32,000 nucleotides of DNA from Isorropodon fossajaponicum endosymbiont JTNG4. GTDB lineage: Bacteria > Pseudomonadota > Gammaproteobacteria > PS1 > Pseudothioglobaceae. Both the position numbers and the translations under genes were made by a program. Shown piece by piece: positions 16,322 to 26,638 of this stretch (position 1 is the stretch's first letter; the number at the start of each line of letters is the position of its first letter). Location of the stretch: assembly GCF_016592615.1 (NCBI RefSeq), contig NZ_AP013043.1, forward strand, positions 1,290,001 to 1,322,000. Reading direction: 5' to 3'. The notes under the pieces are model-generated. The model searched no databases. It was given only the letters and a program-made list of their open reading frames with translations, and was not told where the DNA came from.

Positions 16322-19300
16322 CTATTGACTAAATTTTAACAGCCTGCACCAAAGTTTTTTTACCCAGTTGATAAACTCATGGTTAATTAAATACAAACAA
16401 GGTAATAGAATAAGTGTCATTAACGTTCCGAACAACAACCCATAACCCAGTGAAAGCGCCATCGGTTGTAAAATAAAGTCAGTGCCGCCAATGCCATAAG
16501 CAAGTGGCATGACACCTGCCAAAGTCGTTAATGTTGTTAACACAACAGCGCGCAATCGGTCTTTTGCACCTTGAACAACCCACTCATAAACACTCATGGT
16601 AGATGCAAACTTTGTTTTTAAATAATTCAAATGGGCAACCATCACTAAAGAATCGTTCACAATAACCCCCACCAATGCCAGTGTACCCAGTATTGCAAAA
16701 AAGCTAAGCGTTTCTCCATGAAGAAAAAAAGCCCAAATAACACCAGTAATAGAAAAAGGCACAGCAATTAAGACCAATATTGGCTGTGAATAAGAATTAA
16801 ATAACAAGGCTAGTAATAAAAATATGGCAAAAATTGCCATGACAAATGCCTTTTTAAAGCTATCCATTGCTTTTTTTGTATCTTTATCGCCGCCCTCGCT
16901 AGTCACTCTAATTGTAGGATACTTGTTAGCTAAATCTAGGCGTTTGAGCGCTTGACTAATAACCACACCAGAAGTCGTTATCTCGTCATCAACACTACCG
17001 CTAAGTACAGCTGAACGCTGCCCATTAAAATGATTAAAATTTGGCTCACCCTTAATTTTTTGCAACGAAACAAATTGCTTAAGCGGTATGGGGCGACCTT
17101 GACGGTTGTTAATTTTTAATAATTCTAGAAAGTCCTCTGACTGTTTATCGCTACCCAGATAAATTCTAAAACCAACGTCATCATCACCATAACGTACGTT
17201 AGTGACATTAATACCTGTAAAAGCTGCCTTTAAATAATCATTAACCGTTGAAAAGTCAACATCAAATCTGGCCATTTTTTCAAAATCAATCACCACTTCA
17301 ATACGTGTTTTACCTGGTTCATCATCCCGCCTAATGTTATCTATACCATCAATGCTTAACAATATTTTCTCTAAAGCATCAGCAGCATTTTGACGTTGAA
17401 TATTATCACTACCTACCAAATTAATCTCTACATCTTCACCTTGTGGCGGACCTGGTCTGCCTATTGAAAACTTTAATTTTTTTGCTGCTTTTATGTCCTT
17501 AATGCACGCTTTTAACTGGGCAAGTAAAACTCTAGGTGTTTGTACTCTTGTGCTAGATGGCACCAACTCAATAGTAAATTTAGCCACATGGGTAAAATAA
17601 TGGCCAACATTATTAGTTAATGAGTCTAAATCCTCACCCACAACTTCTATAATCATTTTCTCTACTTGTTTGGAAATAGACTCTGTTCGCTCTAACGAAG
17701 TGCCAACAGGCATTTGCAATCTTGCGCTAATACTATCTGCTCCCACTGCAGGGAATTGCACGTACTTCATTTGAGTTTTAGCAAAATATAAAGAGCCTAT
17801 CAGAACAAGACTAAAAATAACAACAACACCGTAACGCCATTTCAATACTTTTGTTAAAAACCCCTCAAACCAATTTTCAATATGCGTAAACCACGTCTTG
17901 CCTTTGGTTTTTTCATCACTACTAGCAAGGTGCGCTGGCAGTGCCAGACTAACTTCTAAAAACGAAAGGGTTAAGGCGAAAATAACCACAAGAGGGATAA
18001 CATAAATAAATTTACCCATCGTGCCACCCATTAAAAACATCGAAGAGAAAGCCAAAATCGTGGTTAAAATTGTCGTTATTACAGGCGCAATGACACGCTT
18101 AAACCCACGCACAGTAGACTGATGCCTGTCTTTTCCCAATTGTTTGTAATGATGTATACTCTCTGCCACCACAATACTATCATCCACCACAATACCAAGC
18201 ACTAGGATCATCGCAGCCAGTGAAACAAGATTAATGGTTTCGCCCGTTGCGCCTAATAAAGCCACTGTACCCAAAAGAGATACTGGCAAACTAATTGATA
18301 CCCAAAAAGCTGTTTTAAGTGATAAAAATAAACCCAATATAACCAACACCAAAAACAAGCCAATTAAGCCATTATTAGTCACGATATTGAGCCGATTGCG
18401 AACATGCTTAGACTCATCTGATGAATAGAAAACTTGCAGACTGGCTGGGTATTTAGCCCTTAAATCCAACACTTTTTCTTTGACCAAATCAACTGTGGTA
18501 ATCACATCAGCATGCTCTTGTTTACGAATTCTCAGGATAAAACCTTTAGTACCATTCACGCGAGTAATAGAAGTCTCTTCCTTGTTTCCATCAACAATGC
18601 TTGCAATATCCTTTAGGCGAATAACAGGCCCATCAAATGTTGACTTAAGAATGACATCGCCCACGGCTTGAACCTCATCAAACTTAGCCAAAACAACAAT
18701 AGTTTTCTCATTAATGTCATCATGATTACTACCAACAGAGTAGCGTTTGTTGCGCTTTTTAATCGCTTTAATTACTTGAGGTAAGGATAGCTTGTGTTGG
18801 TACAGGCTATCAGGATTGATCCTAATTTTAATTTCACGATCAAGATAACCCTCTTTAACAATTTTTGACACACCTTCAACCAGTGCTAAAGAGCCAGCCA
18901 TATCATCAGTAATATCTCTCAATGCTTGATAAGACAAGTCACCGCCACTGATGTTAATTTTTAAAATACTTTTGAGTGAGTTTTTTTGGTCAATAACCCA
19001 AGGCAAGTCATCCACCTCTTCAGGTAATGACTTAATGCGATTGACTGCATTTCTAATTTCTTGTTTTAATGGCTCAATATCATCCACATCTTGAGAAAGC
19101 GTTATAACAATACTAGACTTACCCTCTTTAGAGGTTGAGCTAAATTTATCAATGCCTGAAATACTTTTCAGTTCGTCTTCAATTGGGTTGGTAACATTTT
19201 GCTCAACATCTTCAGGCGAGGCACCAGGATATACAGTCACAACAGTCATTACTTCAAAATCTACTGCTGGGAATTTATCTCTTTGAATGCCACTTAATGT

Positions 19301-19384
19301 CAAAAGACCAAGAGCAATAATGGAAACCGTAAAGACCAGCGCTAGCTTTTTCTGCTTAACAAAAAAATTAAGAATGTTGTCCAT
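16322..19384 (-). CDS. RND-family efflux transporter permease (AcrB/AcrD/AcrF-like)
   Basis: 1020 aa with the typical RND layout: N-terminal TM, a large periplasmic loop, a TM cluster, a second loop and a second TM cluster. Sequence stretches include LVSLAAMILVLGIVVDDSIVVAESI and LALVGVIVNDSLVMV. Confidence 0.88.
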   Translation of the reverse strand: MDNILNFFVKQKKLALVFTVSIIALGLLTLSGIQRDKFPAVDFEVMTVVTVYPGASPEDVEQNVTNPIEDELKSISGIDKFSSTSKEGKSSIVITLSQDVDDIEPLKQEIRNAVNRIKSLPEEVDDLPWVIDQKNSLKSILKINISGGDLSYQALRDITDDMAGSLALVEGVSKIVKEGYLDREIKIRINPDSLYQHKLSLPQVIKAIKKRNKRYSVGSNHDDINEKTIVVLAKFDEVQAVGDVILKSTFDGPVIRLKDIASIVDGNKEETSITRVNGTKGFILRIRKQEHADVITTVDLVKEKVLDLRAKYPASLQVFYSSDESKHVRNRLNIVTNNGLIGLFLVLVILGLFLSLKTAFWVSISLPVSLLGTVALLGATGETINLVSLAAMILVLGIVVDDSIVVAESIHHYKQLGKDRHQSTVRGFKRVIAPVITTILTTILAFSSMFLMGGTMGKFIYVIPLVVIFALTLSFLEVSLALPAHLASSDEKTKGKTWFTHIENWFEGFLTKVLKWRYGVVVIFSLVLIGSLYFAKTQMKYVQFPAVGADSISARLQMPVGTSLERTESISKQVEKMIIEVVGEDLDSLTNNVGHYFTHVAKFTIELVPSSTRVQTPRVLLAQLKACIKDIKAAKKLKFSIGRPGPPQGEDVEINLVGSDNIQRQNAADALEKILLSIDGIDNIRRDDEPGKTRIEVVIDFEKMARFDVDFSTVNDYLKAAFTGINVTNVRYGDDDVGFRIYLGSDKQSEDFLELLKINNRQGRPIPLKQFVSLQKIKGEPNFNHFNGQRSAVLSGSVDDEITTSGVVISQALKRLDLANKYPTIRVTSEGGDKDTKKAMDSFKKAFVMAIFAIFLLLALLFNSYSQPILVLIAVPFSITGVIWAFFLHGETLSFFAILGTLALVGVIVNDSLVMVAHLNYLKTKFASTMSVYEWVVQGAKDRLRAVVLTTLTTLAGVMPLAYGIGGTDFILQPMALSLGYGLLFGTLMTLILLPCLYLINHEFINWVKKLWCRLLKFSQ

Positions 19385-19413
19385 AAACGTTTAATCAAAA
19401 AATATATAACAGC

Positions 19414-19442
19414 AATATACCATTAGCACTGGTACTGACCAA
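19414..19442 (-). promoter_or_regulatory. candidate sigma70 promoter of the RND gene
   Basis: The minus strand reads TTGGTC (19442-19437), a 17-nt spacer, then TGgTATATT (extended -10; hexamer at 19419-19414). This is about 30 nt upstream of the ATG. No clear Shine-Dalgarno sequence. Confidence 0.3.
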
Positions 19443-19469
19443 CAAGCAAGCAAGCAAGCAAGCAAGCAA
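19443..19469. repeat. tetranucleotide microsatellite, six perfect GCAA units (CAAG register 6.75 copies); TTGC on the minus strand
   Basis: Read directly: aaCAAGCAAGCAAGCAAGCAAGCAAGCAAaagc. It lies between the typA stop (19480) and the RND start (19384). Confidence 0.95.
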
Positions 19470-19479
19470 AAGCTAGCTT

Positions 19480-21297
19480 TTATTTAGATTTTCCACGCGC
19501 TCTTTTGCGTTCATTCTCTGTTAATAAACGCTTGCGAATGCGGGTGTTATGAGGCGTTACTTCTACCAATTCATCATCATCAATAAACTCTAGTGCCTGT
19601 TCTAAATCAAGCTTAATGGCAGGTGTTAGTGATACGGCTTCGTCAGTACCTGATGCACGTACATTGGTCAATTGCTTGCCCCTCATAACATTAACCACCA
19701 AATCTTTATCACGTGTATGAATGCCGACCACCATACCTTCGTAAATATAGGTGTTGTGTTCTACAAAAAACTTACCACTTTTTTGTAAATTAAAAATGGC
19801 ATAAGCAACCGCTTGTCCTTGGTTCATTGAAATCAAAGAGCCATTAGAACGCTGACCAATTTCCCCTTGTTTTTGGGGTTTGTAAGCATCAAAGGTTGAA
19901 TTCATCAGTCCTGTACCCGTCGTTGCTGTTAAAAATTCTGTTCTAAAGCCAATCAAGCCGCGTGCAGGAATATTAAAGTCCAACTTTACTCTACCATTAC
20001 CATCTGGCATCATGTTGGTTAGTTCAGCCTTACGTTCACCTAATTTTTCCATCACGGTGCCTTGATGTTGAGTCTCTACATCAACACTTAAATCTTCAAA
20101 TGGCTCACAAACAACACCATCAATTTCTTTTAAAATGACTTGTGGACGACCTACTGCCAACTCAAAACCCTCTCTACGCATGGTTTCAATTAAAATTGAC
20201 AGGTGCAATTCACCACGACCTGAAACAATAAATTCAGAAGGATCTGTTGTGTTTTCAACCCGAAGTGCAACATTGTAAATGAGCTCTTTATCTAAGCGGT
20301 CACGAATATTTCGTGAGGTGATAAACTTACCATCTTGCCCAGCAAATGGAGAGTCATTCACGCGAAATGCCATGGAAACGGTTGGCTCGTCTACACTCAA
20401 AGGCGGCAACGCCTCAATGGTCTCAGGGTCGCAAATTGTATCTGAAATTGAAATACCTTCGATGCCAGTAATGGCAATAATATTACCTGCTTGTGCACCG
20501 TCTGTATCAATCTTTTCTAAACCAAGAAAACCTTGAAGGTTTGCAATTTTAGCTTTGCGTTCATTGCCTTGTGTGTCAACCACCACAACTTGCATATTTT
20601 TCTTAATTGTACCACGTGTAATGCGACCAATAGCAATTGCCCCAACAAATGAGGAATAATCAAGTGCAGTGACTTGCATTTTTAAAGGCGCATCAATATC
20701 AACTTCTGGCGCTTTAACGTGTTTTATAATGGTTTCAAACATGGGTGTCATATCACCTGAACGCACATCGTCTTCTAACGAGGCGTAGCCATTAATACTT
20801 GAAGCGTAAATAACTGGGAAATCTAATTGCTCGTCAGTTGCACCCAGTTGGTCAAATAAATCAAATACTCGGTCAATTACCCAGTCAGGGCGTGCTGCAT
20901 CTTTATCAATTTTATTAATAACGACAATCGGATTTAGGCCCTGGTCAAAGGCTTTTTTCGTCACAAAGCGTGTTTGTGGCATTGGGCCTTCTTGCGCATC
21001 TACAAGCAAAAGCACGCTATCAACCATAGACAGTACACGCTCTACTTCACCACCAAAATCAGCATGACCTGGCGTGTCTACAATATTAATATGATAATCA
21101 TTCCATTTAATCGCAGTATTTTTACTAGAAATGGTAATGCCACGCTCTTTTTCAAGATCGTTTGAGTCCATCATTCGATCAGTTGATTCAAAGCGCTCAT
21201 CAAACGTTTGCGATTGCTCAAGCAATTTATCAACTAAAGTTGTTTTACCGTGGTCAACGTGGGCAATAATAGCTATGTTTCTTAATTTAGTATTCAT
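19480..21297 (-). CDS. typA: translational GTPase TypA/BipA
   Basis: [18 protein letters not shown]1 motif, [12 protein letters not shown], 605 aa, EF-G-like domain order. Confidence 0.95.
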   Translation of the reverse strand: MNTKLRNIAIIAHVDHGKTTLVDKLLEQSQTFDERFESTDRMMDSNDLEKERGITISSKNTAIKWNDYHINIVDTPGHADFGGEVERVLSMVDSVLLLVDAQEGPMPQTRFVTKKAFDQGLNPIVVINKIDKDAARPDWVIDRVFDLFDQLGATDEQLDFPVIYASSINGYASLEDDVRSGDMTPMFETIIKHVKAPEVDIDAPLKMQVTALDYSSFVGAIAIGRITRGTIKKNMQVVVVDTQGNERKAKIANLQGFLGLEKIDTDGAQAGNIIAITGIEGISISDTICDPETIEALPPLSVDEPTVSMAFRVNDSPFAGQDGKFITSRNIRDRLDKELIYNVALRVENTTDPSEFIVSGRGELHLSILIETMRREGFELAVGRPQVILKEIDGVVCEPFEDLSVDVETQHQGTVMEKLGERKAELTNMMPDGNGRVKLDFNIPARGLIGFRTEFLTATTGTGLMNSTFDAYKPQKQGEIGQRSNGSLISMNQGQAVAYAIFNLQKSGKFFVEHNTYIYEGMVVGIHTRDKDLVVNVMRGKQLTNVRASGTDEAVSLTPAIKLDLEQALEFIDDDELVEVTPHNTRIRKRLLTENERKRARGKSK

Positions 21298-21367
21298 GCG
21301 GGGTAGGTCAATGCAAAAAAGACATTATTATCCCGTAAAATACCCTCTAATATTAGGAATTATTGAC

Positions 21368-21991
21368 ATGGCAAAAAAAGGCAGTTCAGGACGTTGGATG
21401 AGCGAACATCTAAGCGATGAGTTTGTTAAAAAAGCACAAAAAGAAGGCTATCGCTCTCGTGCCGTTTACAAACTTATAGAAGTAATTGATAAAGATAAAT
21501 TTATCAAATCAGGAGACAAAGTGCTTGACCTTGGTGCTGCTCCTGGTGGCTGGAGTCAAGTGGCAATAAAAATTGTGGGCAAGTCTGGTCAAGTTATTGC
21601 TAGCGATATATTAAACATAAAGCCCATTGATGGAGTTGATTTTTTACGTGGCGATTTCACTGAAGATGAGGTTTATGAAATGCTTTTAGATATCACCATG
21701 AGTAAAAAAGTTGATGTTGTTTTAAGTGATATGGCACCTAATATGAGCGGTCAACTCTCAGTTGACATTCCTAAATCCATGTACTTGTGTGAACTGGCAC
21801 TGGATATGGCAATTAAAACCTTAACATCTTCAGGCTATTTTTTTGTCAAAGTTTTTCAAGGGGATGGGTTTGACGAGTTTGTTAAGTCGTGTCGATCTTC
21901 TTTTTCTTCTGTTACTATTCGCAAGCCAAAAGCCTCAAGAGCAAGATCTAAAGAAATGTACTTACTTGCAAATAAATTAAAACTAACTTGA
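21368..21991 (+). CDS. rlmE: 23S rRNA (uridine2552-2'-O)-methyltransferase RlmE/FtsJ
   Basis: From the internal ATG at 21368: [36 protein letters not shown]...[13 protein letters not shown]...VLSDMAPN. 207 aa, the usual RlmE length. Confidence 0.9.
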   Translation: MAKKGSSGRWMSEHLSDEFVKKAQKEGYRSRAVYKLIEVIDKDKFIKSGDKVLDLGAAPGGWSQVAIKIVGKSGQVIASDILNIKPIDGVDFLRGDFTEDEVYEMLLDITMSKKVDVVLSDMAPNMSGQLSVDIPKSMYLCELALDMAIKTLTSSGYFFVKVFQGDGFDEFVKSCRSSFSSVTIRKPKASRARSKEMYLLANKLKLT

Positions 21992-22050
21992 GTTGATACA
22001 AGTATTGGTTTTTTTAATAACCCATATCACCCACGTGTAAAATAACCGCC

Positions 22051-23022
22051 ATGAAAAGTTTAAGCGATATTCAATCCCTCTTAAAATTAGATTTACAAAA
22101 AACAGACGATATACTCATTAATCGTTTAAGTTCAAACGTTGCTTTGATTAATCAAATGAGCCATTATATTATTCACGCTGGCAGCAAGCGCTTGCGCCCA
22201 CTGCTGTTATTGCTTTGTGCGCGTGCAACTGAATATCAAGGCACGCACCACCACCTTATGGCAGTAGTGATAGAGTTAATTCACACTGCCACTTTACTTC
22301 ATGATGATATTGTTGATGAGTCTATAACGCGCCGAGGAAAAGACACTGTTAATGAAGTTTGGGGCAATGCGCCTAGTGTTTTAGTGGGTGATTTTTTATA
22401 TTCCCGTGCTTTCGAGATGATGGTTGAGCCTAATTTAATGTCCATTATGCATATTCTTTCTAAAACCACCAATAGTATTGCTGAAGGTGAAGTGTTACAA
22501 TTATTAAATTGTCAAAATGCTGAATTGAGTGAGACTGAATATTACGCAGTAATTGAGCGAAAAACGGCATGTTTATTCCAAGCGGCTACTCAAATTGGTG
22601 GGCTGCTATCAGGTGTTGATAAAGCCCAAGAATCTGCATTAAAAGACTTTGGGCTGCACCTTGGTAACGCTTTTCAGATTATTGACGATGTGCTTGATTA
22701 TGAGTCAGATGTAAAAACCATGGGCAAGGAGGTGGGTGATGATCTAAGTGAAGGGAAAACCACACTACCTATGATTTATGCACTTGCCCATACTTCTGGC
22801 GATGATAGGCAACTTCTAGAAGATGCTATTAACCAAGCAGATAATTCCAAAATAACCCAAGTGATTAAAATTCTACAATCGGTTAAAGCCTTTGACTATA
22901 CTCGCAATCAAGCACACAAATCAGCCCAACTTGCCAAGCAATCACTCAGGCTAATACCTGACTCAGATTATAAAGATGCATTGATTTTATTGTGCGACCT
23001 TTCCTTGCAACGCCAGTCATAA
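22051..23022 (+). CDS. ispB: octaprenyl (all-trans polyprenyl) diphosphate synthase
   Basis: Two aspartate-rich motifs (LLHDDIVDES and IIDDVLDY); 323 aa. Confidence 0.9.
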   Translation: MKSLSDIQSLLKLDLQKTDDILINRLSSNVALINQMSHYIIHAGSKRLRPLLLLLCARATEYQGTHHHLMAVVIELIHTATLLHDDIVDESITRRGKDTVNEVWGNAPSVLVGDFLYSRAFEMMVEPNLMSIMHILSKTTNSIAEGEVLQLLNCQNAELSETEYYAVIERKTACLFQAATQIGGLLSGVDKAQESALKDFGLHLGNAFQIIDDVLDYESDVKTMGKEVGDDLSEGKTTLPMIYALAHTSGDDRQLLEDAINQADNSKITQVIKILQSVKAFDYTRNQAHKSAQLAKQSLRLIPDSDYKDALILLCDLSLQRQS

Positions 23023-23026
23023 AATC

Positions 23027-25081
23027 ATGCTTTCAAATGAGCTAAAAGCTCAAATTCGCCAGTCATTTATGAACTTAAAAAAAGACATGGATGGCTTTAA
23101 AGTACGCCAAGCACAAAACAAAATGATTGCTGAAATCTCTAAAACTTTATCAGGAGAATACAAGGGTAATAATATTCTATGTGTTGAAGCGCCTACAGGT
23201 ACAGGAAAAACGTTTGCTTACTTGCTTGGCAGTATCCCTATCGCCAAAGCCAATAAAAAGAAACTGATTATCTCTAGTGCTAATGTTGCCTTGCAAGAGC
23301 AATTGCTTTTTAAAGACATGCCACAAGCTCAAAAATATTGCTCAGTTGAGTTTGAGTATGCCTTGGTCAAGGGGCGCTCGCGTTACCTTTGTGTTCGCAA
23401 TTTAATTAATGTATGTGAAGATAACACCAGTGACAATTCTTTATTTGAATCAATACCACTGTTTGACAAGCCACCAGGAAAATATCAATTAGAGCAACTC
23501 AGTGAGATGCTAAATGATTACTCAACTAAGAAATGGAATGGAGAAATTGATGATTTAATGCGCGCACCAGATCATTCTATTTGGCAAAAAATAGCTTGCA
23601 ACCGTTTCACTTGCACCGCAAAAAGCTGTGAGTTTTATCAAGATTGTGCTTTTTTTAAAGCCAGACGACAAATTACCAGAGCAGATGTTATTGTCGCTAA
23701 TCATGATTTGGTCTTAGCTGACCTTAGCACGGGAAATACCGTACTACCTGATGTTAGCGAATCAATCTTTATCTTTGATGAGGCGCACCACTTAAATTCA
23801 AAAGCACTGTTGCACTTTTCATTAACCACCAGTACTGAGTTCATCAAAACCAGCGTTAGACAAACCAAGGCAGTTAGTGAGCAATTATGCAAAATCAGCA
23901 AACAAGATGTGTCTGGTATTAACATCAAGCAAATTGATGATTATTTGGCTGATTTAATTCAATTGTTAAAACAACTAGAATTTAATGATGATATTTATTT
24001 ATTCAGCCAAGGTGTTGTTCATGAATCTATCAAGCAAATAAGTGAAAATATTCTAACGCTTATTGGCGCTGTTCAAACTAAATTCACACTTTTAAAAGAA
24101 TCTTGGGGTGACTATTTAAAAATAACAGCTATAGACAAAAGCATCAGCGGCCCTATTAGCAATGCAATTGGCGAATGTGAACAGCATTTGCTTAGTATTA
24201 TTACTTTATTTTCATCTTTCTTGCAAACGGACGAGACAAATAAAGCGCCACATTCACGCTGGATTGAAAAAACCACACTTGCAAATAAAAAAACCAACTA
24301 CTTGCTTAATAGTGCACAAACTGATGTTTCAAAAAATCTAGACCAACTTATTTGGTCAAAAGTTTCAGGCGCCATTCTTACTTCAGCCACGCTAACATCG
24401 CTGGGTAGTTTTGAGCGCTTAAACAAACAATTAGGCCTGCTAAGGGATGAAAACCAATACTTGCGCCTACCCTCACCCTTTGTATTTGACCAGGTAGACT
24501 TCATTGTTGCTAAACTTAAAGCCAGCCCAACTCAAGTGTATGAGCATACACAAGAAGTGGCATCACAACTACTTAAACGACTTGATAGCAATGAAGGCTC
24601 ATTAGTACTATTTGCCTCTAATAAACAAATGCAAATAGTGACAGACTTGGTAGAGAAAAAGCTAGATTGCACTTTGTTTGTTCAAGGTGAATACCCTAAA
24701 AAGCACATTTTAGAAAAACATATTGACTTACGCAAACAAGGCAAAGGTAGTGTTATTTTTGGACTGGATAGTTTTGCTGAAGGGGTGGATTTAAAAGGCG
24801 ACAATCTTACTCATGTTGTCATTGCCAAATTGCGTTTTAGTGTACCCACTTCGCCCATTGATAAAACATTAGCCACTTATCTCGAATCACAAAACCGAAA
24901 TCCTTTTATGGAAATATCCCTACCCGATGCATCGCTTAAACTCATTCAAGCCTGTGGTCGTTTGATTCGTACAGAAACTGACACAGGAAAAATCACCATT
25001 TTTGATAACCGCTTGGTTTCTAAATTTTATGGCAAACAACTGTTAAACGCTTTGCCAAACTACAACATTATAGTGGAATAA
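23027..25081 (+). CDS. dinG: ATP-dependent DNA helicase DinG (XPD/Rad3-like, Fe-S type)
   Basis: N-terminus resembles E. coli DinG (LKAQI...RQAQNKMIAEISKTL...VEAPTGTGKTFAYL). DEAHH box, a Cys cluster (RYLC...CNRFTCTAKSCEFYQDCAFF), and C-terminal QACGRLIR. Confidence 0.88.
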   Translation: MLSNELKAQIRQSFMNLKKDMDGFKVRQAQNKMIAEISKTLSGEYKGNNILCVEAPTGTGKTFAYLLGSIPIAKANKKKLIISSANVALQEQLLFKDMPQAQKYCSVEFEYALVKGRSRYLCVRNLINVCEDNTSDNSLFESIPLFDKPPGKYQLEQLSEMLNDYSTKKWNGEIDDLMRAPDHSIWQKIACNRFTCTAKSCEFYQDCAFFKARRQITRADVIVANHDLVLADLSTGNTVLPDVSESIFIFDEAHHLNSKALLHFSLTTSTEFIKTSVRQTKAVSEQLCKISKQDVSGINIKQIDDYLADLIQLLKQLEFNDDIYLFSQGVVHESIKQISENILTLIGAVQTKFTLLKESWGDYLKITAIDKSISGPISNAIGECEQHLLSIITLFSSFLQTDETNKAPHSRWIEKTTLANKKTNYLLNSAQTDVSKNLDQLIWSKVSGAILTSATLTSLGSFERLNKQLGLLRDENQYLRLPSPFVFDQVDFIVAKLKASPTQVYEHTQEVASQLLKRLDSNEGSLVLFASNKQMQIVTDLVEKKLDCTLFVQGEYPKKHILEKHIDLRKQGKGSVIFGLDSFAEGVDLKGDNLTHVVIAKLRFSVPTSPIDKTLATYLESQNRNPFMEISLPDASLKLIQACGRLIRTETDTGKITIFDNRLVSKFYGKQLLNALPNYNIIVE

Positions 25082-25177
25082 TTTTTTAGCACACCGACCT
25101 AAGAATAGAAAATACGAATATAATGCTAATAGCAAAGATTAGCGTTAGATTTATGTTTTCCTTAAGTTGGAATATAT

Positions 25178-26635
25178 TTAAAAACGCCAAAAAGCCTTAT
25201 GCAACAAAGCTATTAAGGTTAATATTTCTAAGCGTCCCAATAACATTGAAAAACTTAAAATCCATTTGGCAGTATCATTAATATTGCCATAATTAGCAGC
25301 AACATCACCCAAGCCTGGACCTAAATTATTAATAGAGGCTGTTGTTGCTGAAAATGCACTGATTTGGTCAAGACCAGTAAACATTAACATTAACATAATC
25401 ATAACAAAGGCGATGACGTACAAAGAAAAGAAACCCCAGACTGATATCAAAGTATTTTCAGGGACACTTTTTTGATTAAGCTTGATGTTGATTTGTGCAT
25501 TAGGATGAATAAATTTTTTAATCTCTTTCATCGCTAATTTAAACATTAATAATATTCTAACAACTTTAATACCGCCACCTGTAGAGCCAGCGCAAGCACC
25601 AATAAAACTAGCAAAAATTAAAAATACAGGCAACACAAACGGCCACAATGAAAAGTTCGTACTAGCAAAACCTGTGGTGGTTATGATAGAAATACTTTGA
25701 AATATGCCATATCTAATTGATTCTTCAATAGTTTGATAGTAGCCTTTATCAAACAAATAGCTTGATACTAATAAAATTGATGCACTTAGAATTAATAGAT
25801 AGGTTTTAAATTCAGAATCTTTTAAATAAATAAATAAATTATTCTTACGCCAGACAAGAAAATGCAGCGAAAAATTAATACTTGCTAGTAGCATAAATAT
25901 CATTGCCACTACCTCAATTGCATAGGAATTGAAATAACCAATAGAGGCATCGTGAGTAGAAAAACCACCAATAGCAACGGTTGCATAACTATGCCCAATG
26001 GCATCAAATGCATTCATGCCCGCAAGATAATACCCCAGTGCACAAACGACAGTAAAACTGATATAAATTTTCCACAATGCTTTGGCAGTTTGAGTGAGCT
26101 TTGGCGTCAATCTTTCTTTAGAAATGCCACTTGATTCTGCATGATAAAGCTCCATACCACCAACACCCAACATTGGTAAAATTGCAACTGCTAAAACAAT
26201 AATACCCATACCGCCTAACCACTGAAGCTGCTGGCGATAATATAAAAGTGCTTTGGGTAAATCATCTAACCCAGAAAGCACCGTTGCACCTGTGGTTGTC
26301 AGCCCTGACATAGATTCAAAAAATGCATCGCTAAAGGACATATCCAAAGATGCTGATAATAAAAATGGCGTAGTAGCAAATAAGGACAAGACAAACCAAA
26401 AACTCACCACCACCAACACACCTTCACGAATTCTAAAATCCTTGGTTGAATTTCTAAAAGGCAGCCATAAAACAAAACCACTGAGTAGTGTTAAAGAAAA
26501 AGCAGCCATAAAAGATGAAGCTTCATTTTGAGCATAAATAAAGTCAACAATAATGGGTGGTAATTGAGTTAAACTGAACAACATTAGCAACAAACCAATG
26601 GTTTTAAAAACAATACTAAATTGCATTTTTAACAA
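25178..26635 (-). CDS. trkH: Trk-type potassium uptake membrane subunit
   Basis: 485-aa polytopic protein directly downstream of trkA, with TTTGF/TTTGA-type selectivity-filter-like motifs (GLTTTGATV, ITTTGFAS, GSTGGGIKV). The track start is TTG at 26635. An alternative ATG at 26626 gives MQFSIVFK... Confidence 0.9.
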   Translation of the reverse strand: MLKMQFSIVFKTIGLLLMLFSLTQLPPIIVDFIYAQNEASSFMAAFSLTLLSGFVLWLPFRNSTKDFRIREGVLVVVSFWFVLSLFATTPFLLSASLDMSFSDAFFESMSGLTTTGATVLSGLDDLPKALLYYRQQLQWLGGMGIIVLAVAILPMLGVGGMELYHAESSGISKERLTPKLTQTAKALWKIYISFTVVCALGYYLAGMNAFDAIGHSYATVAIGGFSTHDASIGYFNSYAIEVVAMIFMLLASINFSLHFLVWRKNNLFIYLKDSEFKTYLLILSASILLVSSYLFDKGYYQTIEESIRYGIFQSISIITTTGFASTNFSLWPFVLPVFLIFASFIGACAGSTGGGIKVVRILLMFKLAMKEIKKFIHPNAQINIKLNQKSVPENTLISVWGFFSLYVIAFVMIMLMLMFTGLDQISAFSATTASINNLGPGLGDVAANYGNINDTAKWILSFSMLLGRLEILTLIALLHKAFWRF

Positions 26636-26638
26636 CCA

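Noticed and set aside
19468-19481. 14-nt perfect palindrome AAAAGCTAGCTTTT overlapping the typA stop, considered as the typA terminator
   Set aside because: As a hairpin it gives at most a 5-bp A/T-rich stem with a 4-nt loop and no proper U-tract. That is too weak to call.
21131-21367. 79-codon N-terminal extension of the rlmE ORF in the track (start at 21131)
   Set aside because: RlmE homology begins at the internal ATG 21368 ([10 protein letters not shown]...), which gives the normal ~207 aa. The extension runs antisense through the typA 5' end and has no recognisable features.
21986-22015. ACTTG-agttgata-CAAGT hairpin followed by T7 after rlmE
   Set aside because: The stem is only 5 bp and is separated from the T-run by 5 nt. 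It may be a weak terminator, but I cannot support it.
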